The notes under the pieces: generated by a model
What the model was told of the DNA's origin: nothing
Databases searched by the model: none
The model's input: only the letters and a program-made list of their open reading frames with translations
Position numbers and translations under genes: made by a program
Assembly: GCF_006345805.1 (NCBI RefSeq)
Contig: NC_043008.1
Span: 54,250,001-54,314,000 of the forward strand
Origin: Octopus sinensis
Taxonomy: Eukaryota
Reading direction: 5' to 3'
DNA: 64,000 bases
Shown: positions 51,812 to 64,000 of the stretch, piece by piece
How positions within the stretch are numbered: position 1 is the stretch's first letter
Layout: each line of letters begins with the position of its first letter

Positions 51812-52891
51812 TGACATCCAAAGTATTAAGTGTATTATTATATTATGAATTCGTTATACTAAATTAATGTTATATTCTATGTTCCTGAACCGGATTTGCC
51901 ATGTTGTATTGAAACAATCGTAACTATCGAATTATAAATAGTACCATAAATTCTAGTCTTCGATTTAATGTATGTATGCGTATTTGAACGAGTGTGTGCA
52001 TGAGCGTGTGTGTGTGTTTGTGCGTGCGTGCGTGAGTATGTCTCCTGAAGTAGCTCACGTACAGTAGTTCAAGTGGAGTGTTAATAGTGTCGGTTTTACA
52101 TAATTCCGACGACCGGCAAAGCCAATGATCACTGCCCCTCCTTGAATATAGCAAATAAGAAAAAGTATGTGACTCGGCTTCTTTCCTCGACTCTAATTTT
52201 TCAGTATAAGTACTTAGTACCTCCTCTATGTCCATAGCGAAAATTCACAGACGTGAAAGCTCTATCATACCTTCTATCTATCTATCTATCTATTTATCTA
52301 TCTACCTACCTATTCCTTTCTCTCTCGCTTTCTCCTTCTCTCTTTCAAAATCAATAGGACTAATCACCTATAGATGAATACTGCTGATTAGAAAAAAAAA
52401 GCCAGACGATAATTGATATCATTTTTATCAGCCAATCACAATTAATTGATTGACCGAACTGATGTAATCAATCAAGTCATTATTTAGGTCCAACCGAGTT
52501 GAATTTTATCCTAGATCATCTCTGTGGGTCGTTGATAGGTTTATTGTTCAGGTTTATCACAATCCCTCCTTCTTTTGTCTTCAGTTATCGATCTTTGTAA
52601 TCATATACTAGTTGGTCATTTTGTAACATGTGATAATATTGATGACCATTCGTCCAAATTCAAATCAAAACAAATATGGCAGAGAGTCGGACTAAATGAA
52701 TTACGGGAATAATTTTAGCTTTGTCTTTTATGTTTCTGAGTTCAATATCAACTATTGTCTTTTATTGTTTGTTCCTCTTTGCAATTCATTCATCGAAGGA
52801 TTTAAAAAGAAAACTAACGAAGAAGTCTCTAACATAGTTTACTGACCTACAAAGGCTTGGCAACCATTTATCCATCAAATTATACCATACA

Positions 52892-53128
52892 CTCTTTACT
52901 CTTTTACTTGTTTCAGTCATTTGACTGCGGTTATGCTGGAGCACCGCTTTTAGTCGAGCAAATCGATCCCAGGACTTATTCCTTGTAAGCCTAGTACTTA
53001 TGCTATCGGTCTCTTTTGCCGAACCGCTAAGTTACGGGGACGTAAACACACCACCATCGCTTGTCAAGCGATGTTGGGGGGACAAACACAGACACACAAA
53101 CATACACACACACACACAACACACAACA

Positions 53129-53218
<90 letters not shown>

Positions 53219-53381
53219 GACGGGCTTCTTTCAGTTTCCGTCTACCAAATCCACTCACGAGGCTTTGGTCGGCCCGAGGCTATAGTAGAAGACACTTGCC
53301 CAAGGTGCCATGCAGTGGGAATGAACCCGGAATCATGTGGTCGGTAAGCAAGCTAATTACCACACAGGCACTCCTGCACCT
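52892..53381 (-). mobile_element. SINE family A, full-length copy
   Basis: Same structure as 46085-46485. Confidence 0.92.
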
Positions 53382-53647
53382 ATCTTGTGAAATATTCTGC
53401 TATATTCAGTATTTGGCGCACACATGGCTATTAATTTATTATGCAGATGACATCCGCCAGCTACCTTTAAAGTGATAACACTATTCAGTGTTCATTTAGG
53501 AAAACCCTATTTACTTCTCCATCCATCCTAAGATCTGGCAGTTATGAATACGACTATGCTCCGTTTAATAAGATTGAAGCATACCTGTAATTATCTCCTT
53601 ACTACCAAAGGTCAGATCCACTGCCCACTATATTAAATTATATTAAA

Positions 53648-53877
53648 AGGCGGCGAGCTGGCAGAAACGTAGCACGCCGGGCGAAATGCTTAGCCGTATT
53701 TCGTCTGTCGTTACGTTCTGAGTTCAAATTCCGCCATGGTCGACTTTGCCTTTCATCCTTTCGGGGTCGATAAATTAAGTACCAGTTACGCACTGGGGTC
53801 GATGTAATCGACTGAATTCGTTTGTCTGTCCTTGTTTGTCCCTTCTATGTTTGTCCCCTTGTGGGTAATAAAGAAAC
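53648..53877 (+). mobile_element. SINE family B
   Basis: Full-length match. Another full copy at 55315-55545 (-); degenerate ones near 1960, 2960, 10020-10710, 20570, 21250, 21780 and 56530. Confidence 0.9.
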
Positions 53878-54400
53878 ATATATTAGATTATTTGTTCCGA
53901 TTCCTTGGAATTCCAGATTCTCTCCCCTGCTTTTTACCAAAATTAGTCATTTAACAAGTATGTGAACATCCACTTTACGAGAGAAACCAATAACTGATAG
54001 GAAAATAGTATTATAATTGCTTAAACGCCTTTTCTTCATTATTCTGGTCATTCAGAACTGGCTTAGAATAAAACGACGCTAGCAACAATGGCTGATTGCT
54101 GAATGATTTGATAGTACAGTATAACTCAGCAGTATTCTGCTAAGTTACAGTACATCTACTACTATTAGCATGGATGTAGGCCTTAAAAATTGCAGTCTAG
54201 TTTTCCAGTTTCACTTCTACGATCAATAATTACCATCAAAATACGATTCTAATTGTCAAACTCTTAGATCGTAGAAAAGCAGTGCACGCGGGCGTGTGTG
54301 TATAAGTGAGTGGTCTAAGAGATCATAGATCAGGGAAACGATGCATTCATATATACACACAAACACACACACACATATATATATATATAGGCGTTATATA

Positions 54401-54546
54401 TAGGCGTGGTGACTATGTGGTAAGAAGCTTGCTTCCTAACCACAAGGTTCCGGTTTCAGTCCCACTGCTTGTCAGTTATTATAGCCTCAGTGTTACCAAA
54501 GCCTTGTGAGTGGATTTGCTAGGCGGGCACTGAAAGAAGCCCGTCG

Positions 54547-54612
<66 letters not shown>

Positions 54613-54858
54613 GGGAGGGGTGTTTGTTGGTGTGTGTTCTGTGTCTGTGTTTGTCCCCCATCATCGCTTGACAACCGATGTTGGTGTGCTTTTACGTCCT
54701 CGTAACTTACCAGTTTTGGCAAAAGAGGGCGATAGAATAAGTACTAGGTTTATAAATAACAAATCATGGGATCGATTTCTATGACTAAAACACCCTTCAA
54801 AGCCGTGCTCCAGCATGACAACAGTGAAATGACTGAAACAAGTAAAAGAATAAAAGAA
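54401..54858 (+). mobile_element. SINE family A, older full-length copy
   Basis: Same structure, more diverged. Further partial copies near 520, 5380, 6150, 13760, 19150, 29330, 41055, 48480 and 61220. Confidence 0.85.
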
Positions 54859-56099
54859 CATACAGAGTTGGACAAAAGTTATCCATTTAATTCCAAGATT
54901 TATTTATGTTTAGCAACAGAATGAATTTGATAAAAGCATCTAAATATGAAACATCATGAAAAAAAATGTTCAAACTGAAGTCCTTCTTGAGCGGCACAAT
55001 TTTACATTCGAGTCAATACAAAATTACAGATAGTATTTATGGAACTTTGATTTAATATCGGATGACTTTTGGCCAACATATCATGGATTTAACTCCATTT
55101 CTTTATTCTAATGATTGAAATTACAAAATAGAGTACAATACCACTATTCTTTTATTCTAACGATGTGAAATTATTGAAAAATGTAAACACACCAAATCAG
55201 AGGATATTTGAACTAATCACTAGTTTATATATGTACACACCACTGCATAGCGCTTACAATCTGTATTCTACTGCAGCCGTGCAGCCAGTCATAGTGCTTT
55301 GACTGGGATATATATTTCTTTATTACCCACAAGGGACTAAACATAGAGGGGATAAACAAAGACAGACAAACGGATTAAGTCGATTACATCGACCCCAGTG
55401 CGAAACTGGTACTTTATTTATCGACCCCGAAAGGATGAAAGGCAAAGTCGACCTCGGCGGAATTTGAACTCAGAACGTAACGACAGACGAAATACGGCTA
55501 CGCATTTCGCCCTGCGTGCTAACGATTCTGCCAGCTCGCCGCCTTGAGAAACGTAATCCCTTGTAATCAGTCCGCAGCGCTTCCCTTTCCAGTGTTCGCT
55601 GTTGAAGAGGTGATAACTACCCCGAAATAGATCTTGGTAGAGGGCGCCCCGGATTAATTTCAGATATTCACACCTTTTTGTTTATAGCGAAAATTTTTTT
55701 CCTCCGTAACAAAATGCACCGAATGATTTTCTTACGGGTTTGAATACGTCTCAAGTATATTTGAACTGGTAACAAGTACATACTTATGAAGGGGATTTCA
55801 GAAATTGCTAGCAACACAAATTCCGTCTTCAAAACTATATGTGTATTCTATTTTTCTCTAGGCGTGTTATGTCTATAATTATTACTTGTATAATTAAGTT
55901 TTTTTTCTTTGAAACCGCTCCGTATTAATGCATCATTGTAGTAATATACAACATTGGTTAATGTAACTTTATCAATCAAATATTTGATAGCGGTATAAAG
56001 GTATCTTATTATCAATTATTAAGGCGGCGAACTAGCAAAATCGTAAGCGCATCTGAAAAAATGCTTAGTGGGTTTTTTTCCGTCTCTTAACATTTTGAT

Positions 56100-56128
56100 T
56101 TAATGATAATAATGATAATAATAATAAC

Positions 56129-56195
<67 letters not shown>

Positions 56196-56350
56196 TGTCT
56201 CAATCTAGTCCCAATAAAACCCTGACAGCCAAGCTCTTCAGGAAAGTGTACAGCAATCCAACCAGCTTCTGCACAGTCTTCTAGTCTTTCCCTAATCTGA
56301 ACAGCATCAATATTGTTCTCATATGGAACAGAGAATTCATACCATATTAT
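56100..56350 (-). mobile_element. Probable R4/Dong LINE 3' end with (ATT)n tail
   Basis: Degenerate VQK..L...L-like coding on minus runs directly into a long (att)n tract at 56100-56194. Confidence 0.4.
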
Positions 56351-56855
56351 ACTTCCATTCCGATGTGAATAATTTCTTAAACGACAAAATTAATGGCGGC
56401 AGTAGATTGACGACATCATTCAAAAGACAGTCAAAATGGAAGTGGTGAATTAGAAGAAAATAAAAAGGCAAAAACGAGCATGAAATATCGATAATTAGTT
56501 GAGTCACTCTACATTCCGATTTGTTTTTAACTTAAATCTTTCCCGTGGGGTCGGTAGAATAATACCAGTCAAATACTTGGGTCGATTTCATTGAATATTT
56601 TACCACCAAAACAACAGAACAAACAAAAATTTGTATGGCCTTGTGCCTATAAAGAATCCTACGAATGTTCGGTGAAAATATGCAAATAAAAAGAACACAC
56701 ACGCTTGCATGCATACATACATACATACATACATACATACATGAATACATGCTTACAAATATTGTGTGTGGGTGCGTATACTATGCGTATATATGTGTGT
56801 ATATATATGTATATATGTACGTATATATGTATGTGTGTGTCTGTATATGTATTAT

Positions 56856-56911
<56 letters not shown>

Positions 56912-57152
56912 ATATTATATATATATATATATACATACATATTATATATTTATGTATATATATACATATTACGTATCAAGAAAAACGTAAGATAAGAGTA
57001 GGAGGTAAGAACTGCTTACTGATTCGTCAAAATGTCTGTTTTGAGTGCCTCCTATATCCTCATGAAAAGACACAAAAACAAGCATACACACACAGACATG
57101 TATGGATATATGTATGTATGTATGTATGTATGTGCATATGTATGCGTGTATG

Positions 57153-57183
<31 letters not shown>

Positions 57184-57719
57184 ATGTATATATATATATA
57201 TACATATACATATGTATATATATATGCACATACATATATGCATATGCGCATATACATGTATATTCACCCACGCACATACGCACGCACACATTCATACATA
57301 CATACATATATTCATACATTCATACACAAATATAGATTTACACATGTTAAACGCGGCTGTTAAGAGAGCTTAGAAAACAGCCTCTCCAGCCTCGCCCACT
57401 ACGCAATGAAGACTTATAAAGTTTGAATGAAACAGCCTTTTGCCCAATATGTAGAACTTTACCAAACAAACATCATTCGCAAAATAACATGTGAAGTGTT
57501 TGTGAGTAAACGTATGATACAGCATGGGTGTATCATTCATGTATATACACACACACACATGTTTATCTCGGCGTTTTTCTTTACCTATCAATTTATACAT
57601 GTATATGTAGGTAAGTAGATACGTAGACGGATAGGGGGAGATGGAAAGATAGAGAAGAAGGAACATATAGATGTATAGAGAGAAAGAGACAAAGATAGAG
57701 AGATAGATAGAGATATAGT

Positions 57720-57752
<33 letters not shown>

Positions 57753-57765
57753 GATAGAGAGACAC

Positions 57766-57800
<35 letters not shown>

Positions 57801-57837
57801 TAGATAGATAGATAGATAGATAGATATAGATACCTAC

Positions 57838-57868
<31 letters not shown>

Positions 57869-58048
57869 CATACATACATACATACATACTTAGACATTTA
57901 TTTGCATACCACAGATACATATCAAAACAGTATTAGATACACATACGAACACATATAATGCACACGTATGTATGTGTATAGATAGATGGATGGATGGATA
58001 GATAGATTAGATATACATACACACATATATATATATTATATATATATA

Positions 58049-58113
<65 letters not shown>

Positions 58114-58749
58114 GCACGAATATATATATACGTTTGCATATAATATATATATAGAATACACTATATGCACATATATGCACACACATACACACGTATATAT
58201 ATGCATGCATACATACATGTGTGTGTCTGTACACACACACATACGCACACGCGCAAACATATATGAGGGAGGAGTAAGAGACAGTGGTGCCTGGAGGGGT
58301 GGGGGTGGCAGGGAAAGGAAGTCTCTTAGATTGTTCAACTTGTCGGTATGGGGATGTTTATATGTTTATATAAGGTGTTCGTTGAAAGGTTGTTGTGTGG
58401 GACGGTACGTAGCGGTTTGTTCAGAGGGTGGGTGGGTGGGTGGCGGGTAGGTGATCGGATGCGTGGGTGTCGAGGAAAAATAGATATGGAGGAGTTAGGC
58501 ATTCGGGGGTGGGTGAAACAATGCGGTTTCTTGTTCAAGGAATTGTTTTCAAAGACAGCCAACCACCCAGTCATTCTTAACTTGAGGAAACCATTCACAT
58601 GCCGTGGAATAGAATTTTATCATTCATGATAATGTACATTTTCACACACACATACACATACATTCATAAATATATAAATGCAAAGTAAAATGCATATATA
58701 TATATCTATATACGCATATATGCACGTATATATTTTCATACATTTATGT

Positions 58750-59080
58750 ATATATGAGGGGTTAGCACCAAAATTTGGCATCCAGAGCTGTACTAACCAA
58801 CGAACCGAAGGGTACTGTACTGTTCCAAAGGTCCTAGGTATCAGGTCTAGAATGAGGGCCATGTACTGCAGTAAATGTTAGTCAAGGACCCACAGCTATT
58901 TAATATCTTGGCATAGCAGCTGAAGCATCATCATGGTGTAGGGGTGTATGCTTTCAAGAAATGACTTGACTTCCCCCTGTACAGGATCCCAGATAAACCT
59001 ACATCACAGCAAGAAACTTTAAAAGAGGGCAGTTGTCTCAAACACTCTTCTTCATCAAAAGACAATCGTAAAAGAATGGC
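58750..59080 (+). mobile_element. Decayed CR1 LINE 3' remnant
   Basis: QGPQLFNIL...FKK.LD...IPDKPTSQQ...SNTLLHQ, colinear with the C-terminus of the 41.7-43.6 kb element. Confidence 0.75.
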
Positions 59081-59228
59081 CACTGAAAAGGTGATTACAC
59101 TGGTGATGGAGGTAGCATATGTGTGTGTGTGAGATGTGTATGTACATGTATATACGTGCGTGTGTATACAAACATTCATGCATATAAAGACATTCATATA
59201 TAAGCATATTTATAAATACATGCATATT

Positions 59229-59268
<40 letters not shown>

Positions 59269-59689
59269 TACCTCTCTGGCGCCTCCAAATTTGAATGGTA
59301 TCAATGGTAAATGGCGCGAAACCAAGCTTTTTAATACACACCCACAGTTGCGCCTATATATTTATATTCATACACACATATATACATATTCATTAAAATA
59401 TGTCTCAAATATCCATTTATATGGTAATTCTGTCACACTTGCTTCACGTTAATACTTCAAGAATGAACTGTAAATAAGAAGAGAATTTTCTAATAACAGA
59501 GTTAAAATCTTACTGCTTCCATTAATTTCGACATTTTGTTTATATGTTATTTCATTACACTTATATATTATTCAAAGAAAGACCTTCAACGTCAGCATGG
59601 CTTTTCCATTATAAATTCGAAATGACTTTGCGTTACGAGAATATATATCTATATCTTTTTATCTCTTGATAGCCAAATAGATATAGATA

Positions 59690-59729
<40 letters not shown>

Positions 59730-59956
59730 GACAGACAGACAGACGGACAGACAGACAGACAGACAGACGGATGGGTGGAGAGACGGGCTGGCGAAAAAGA
59801 GACTGAAAAACAAAATGTCATCGTTCTTGTGGTAATCCATATGAATAATTTCCGGTTCCGAAAATTGAATACATCTTAATCAATGTACTGCCTTTCTCTT
59901 GTCACTTGATATTCTAAAATATGCATAAACACACACACACACACATGTACATATAT

Positions 59957-60330
59957 ACTAGCAGTATAGCCCGGCGTTGCTCGGGTTTGTTTTATTTTCG
60001 ACCCTTTAGAATTGGAATTTTTGAAAAGTAAAAAATTTTGCATTATGTAGCTTGTTATACTCTTTAAGTGAACATTTTTCTGGTTGAAATGCACCGAAAA
60101 ATGGCGACAAGGCAGTCAAAAAATCGTAAAAAATAGGGATTTTCATAGAAAAAAAGCACCTTTTTGATGTAAATAAGTTTTGGTCTTAACATTTGAAATT
60201 TTTCTTCTACGGAATGAAGAGCCAGCCTTCTATCACACTGTCAATTTTGGTCCACTTGCATCACAAGGTCTCGGAGGAGATAGTGTTAGCTGAAGGCTAC
60301 CAAACCTGTCACGAGAGAACAGGTGTGTGT
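59957..60330 (+). mobile_element. Non-autonomous Helitron/Helentron-like (HINE-type) element
   Basis: Starts actagcagtatagcccggcgttgctcggg, a terminus motif typical of such elements, and ends in a microsatellite. A HINE-like 3' end (tcaaatttcatcaaaatcg...tagtagat) also occurs at ~13650-13751. Confidence 0.5.
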
Positions 60331-60340
60331 GTGTGTATGT

Positions 60341-60379
<39 letters not shown>

Positions 60380-60998
60380 TATGTACGCATAGACACAAAA
60401 GACAAGGAGATAGATACCATTCAATAAACCAGTCTCTCTGCCATATAAAAAAGTATCACTCTGTTTAAGATAGAATAGAAGAAAAAAAATTACATGTCAT
60501 TATTTATAACTTTATGTGATTCGAGATCCATTGTTCTAAAAAAACAGAATTCTTTGACGTTATCGCGAAGGCTTATAAAATTCCTATGGCATCAACAACA
60601 TACAAGTTTCACTGGTAAGAATAAAATTGTAAAATGCGAAGAGAAATTCGAAAGTTCAGAATGGTGCTTTCATTGTCGACAGCCTTTGTCCAACGGTTGT
60701 TCTCCAATCTCTCATACCTAGAAGAGTTTCCACTCAAACTCACCATATCCGATACTGTCGCTCAGATTCTGACAAATTCACGGGAGCAGAACACTTCTGT
60801 TATCAATGGCATCGAAATTCTGCGAGTGGGGAATTGGTCAAACTATGAACGATAAACAAACTGCTGCAAGGAAGGAACCGGAAATTGGTTAAAGTGGCAG
60901 GCGTTATGATCGAGGGGAATAATTTTTAGCACCGTTTTTTTCAGAGAGTATTCGTTATTTTTATGCATATAATTCATATTCTTAACTTCAAACACACA

Positions 60999-61059
<61 letters not shown>

Positions 61060-62176
61060 TACACACACACACAGATACACACACATATATGTATTATGTA
61101 TGTATGTATGTATGTATGTATGTATGTATGTATGTATGTATGTATGTATGTATGTATGCATGTATATATGTATATGTCTGTATGCGTATGTATGTACGTA
61201 TGGATGTGTGTGTGTGTAAGCGCAGGTGTGACTGTATGATAAAGAGTTTGTTTCCCAACTACATAGTTCCGAGTTCAGTCTCACTGCCTGACACCTTGGG
61301 CAGGTGTCTTCTGTTGTAACATCGGACCGACCAAAACCTTGTGAATTATCCATGAAAAAAAAAAACTGAATTTAGCGACTCCTACATAAATTAATAGGAA
61401 GAGGAATAATACATGTTTAGGGAGGAGAAGAAGAAAAACATCTTAATAGTTATTATTGATATATGAACTTAGAAAGTAAGGTCGATAACTCAGTGTGTGT
61501 TTTGGTTTTATAAGACCTCCACAGCCAACTATATCCATCGCTTGCCATATTAGAGGTAATAGGACCACTAATATAGTTATGGTTGTTTGTTATTGTATTT
61601 TTAACACTTAGTCCGATAAACCAACATATTTAACCCTTTGGTATTCAGATTTCTTTGTCAAATGTATTAACTATAAATTTACATTATTTTGAACTAATCA
61701 GGCATTATCTTGTAGCTTCAAGATTTCAAAGTGTGTTTGTATATTTTTAGTATGGCCTTGTAAGGTCAGTGTGAGAAGTTGGATCAGGTGAATTTTAACA
61801 ACAAAAAAAACAGGGAGACTATTTGGGCCGGATATGGCCGGATTAAATGCTAAAGGATTAAATATATTCCTTACGTGACCATCTCGTTTTTATGCAGAAT
61901 ACTACTCGCGTCTATATTTCCTAATGCCTGTTTTATATTTAAAGCCATATACTTGAGTATGTATTACACATTATCATGACACAATTTCTGAAAGGTCTAG
62001 CTGTTATATCTAGTATATCAAAGCTACCTCGTACAGCTTTCATCTCTGGCTCAACTTAAAATTAGCTACACCATGATAGCTAAAAATATAAGGAAGGAAA
62101 GGGAACTCTTAGCAATTTTTACATTGTCCGTATTCCAATGAAATAGCGGAGTTTTTGTCTTGTCTCTCGTCTCTCA

Positions 62177-62291
<115 letters not shown>

Positions 62292-62399
62292 CCCACTTCA
62301 AGTATGAACTTACAGATTCTTATCTGGAAACGGTATCAGTCGATTGTACAGTCGATACATACAAACATAAAACACACAGACACATCCACACACTCACGT

Positions 62400-62452
<53 letters not shown>

Positions 62453-62612
62453 TACACACACACACAAACACATGCATACATGGATATAGAATGTTGGATG
62501 GATGGATGGATGGATGGATGGAGTTGGGTTTAATAATAAATGGAAAGATATCCGTGTTATTCAAGCAATCTTGAATATTGTTCTATTCGTGTTTGTGGTA
62601 ATGAAATTGTAT

Positions 62613-62648
<36 letters not shown>

Positions 62649-62819
62649 ACACACATACACATGCATGTATGTGTTTGTGTGTGTGTGTGTGTTTATATAT
62701 GTGGGTATGTACATGTTTATGTGTAATATATATATATATATATATATACTTACATATACTTACATATGTATATGTATATATATGTATATATATATACATG
62801 CATACATACATATTTACAT

Positions 62820-62870
<51 letters not shown>

Positions 62871-63799
62871 TAAACATATACATACATATATATACATGTA
62901 CATACATACATACATACATACATACATACATACATACATACATACATACATACATACATACATACATACATACATACATGCATACATGCATACACACACT
63001 TACCAGATTAAAAATGATTAAGTGAATGCGTAGCGCAAAAATAATAATAGTAATAAACATTTATATATAATTTTTTCTTTTCCTTTTCTTAAATATCAAC
63101 GAAAATAAATCTCATTCGGTTTCGGTATCAAAATAAAACAATTATATTTACAATCGCACGTGGGTTTCGAGAATACAGATTTTAAATATAACAATTTTCA
63201 CATGATAAATTTCACATCTTCTTTACAACAATCAAGTCAAACGTTACATAAATGCATTTGTGAAAATTCGTCTCCACAAATCAATTAGGTAATTCATGTT
63301 TTAGTCATGTTATATTGTAAGCATATCATGAGATAGGAAATTGCTAATTTGCGCGTTATTGTTAGCCACACGTAGGCGAGAGAGAGGAGAGAAGATGGAG
63401 AGAGGAAGAGACAAGATGGAGAGAGAGAGAGGAGAAGTGAGATGGTGAGAGAGAGAGAAAGGGGTAGATGGAAAGAGTAATAGAACGGCTGTTGTCTCTT
63501 AAAAACATGGTTCAATATTTTACAGGTTTCTGATTTGCTTAAAGTTTCTTGCCGTTCAAAGTTTTTGATTGGTTGATATAAACACATAGCAACGATGAAT
63601 CTGAAATCGTCGTTTCTTTCATTGCTTTTCTGTTGTTTTTTTTTTTTGTTTGGTTTTGCAGTAATTCCTTTGTTTACGTACGAAAAACACGGCTCAGAGA
63701 CTACTAATTTCTGTGTTAAAATTCTTGATTTTCTGAAATAACACATTGATAGATTGGATTTGATTAGATTAGATTGGATTGGATTGGATTAAATTAAAT

Positions 63800-63849
<50 letters not shown>

Positions 63850-63950
63850 CTGGGTCGTCCTAATCGACTGGCCCCCTTCTCCCCAAAACTTTCAGGCCTT
63901 GTGCCTTGAGTAGACAAGAATATATGTATATCTGTATGTATAGATAGATT

Positions 63951-64000
<50 letters not shown>

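Noticed and set aside
60640-60900. Possible minus-strand exon (ccttgcag...atg|gtgagt)
   Set aside because: All three frames contain stops; more likely an old TE remnant.

Overview
Eukaryotic, AT-rich DNA dense in microsatellites and repeats. The SINE/LINE repertoire and (TA/CA/TATG/GATA)n density suggest a coleoid cephalopod, probably Octopus (inference). Nearly all ORFs in the supplied track are microsatellite or TE artefacts. I found one genuine protein-coding gene, which the ORF track mostly misses. It is a 4-exon minus-strand gene (33086-33010, 18986-18870, 18617-18443, 15440-15171) with canonical GT-AG sites, matching phases 2/2/0 and a 639-nt CDS. It encodes a 212-aa protein: signal peptide, Ser/Thr linker, 18-Cys furin-like repeat module, Ser/Thr tail. 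The Cys module resembles the extra Cys-rich region (domain IV/V) of protostome EGFR ectodomains, but the protein has no L domains, TM helix or kinase. An apparently intact tRNA-Thr(TGT) lies in intron 1. The rest comprises an irritans-type mariner with TIRs and TA TSD, a decayed Tc1, CR1-, RTE- and R4/Dong-type LINE fragments, and four tRNA-like SINE families. There are also TTAA MITEs, a ~1-kb tandem duplication, a ~488-bp satellite array with an internal strand inversion, an intronic palindrome and a 100-N gap.
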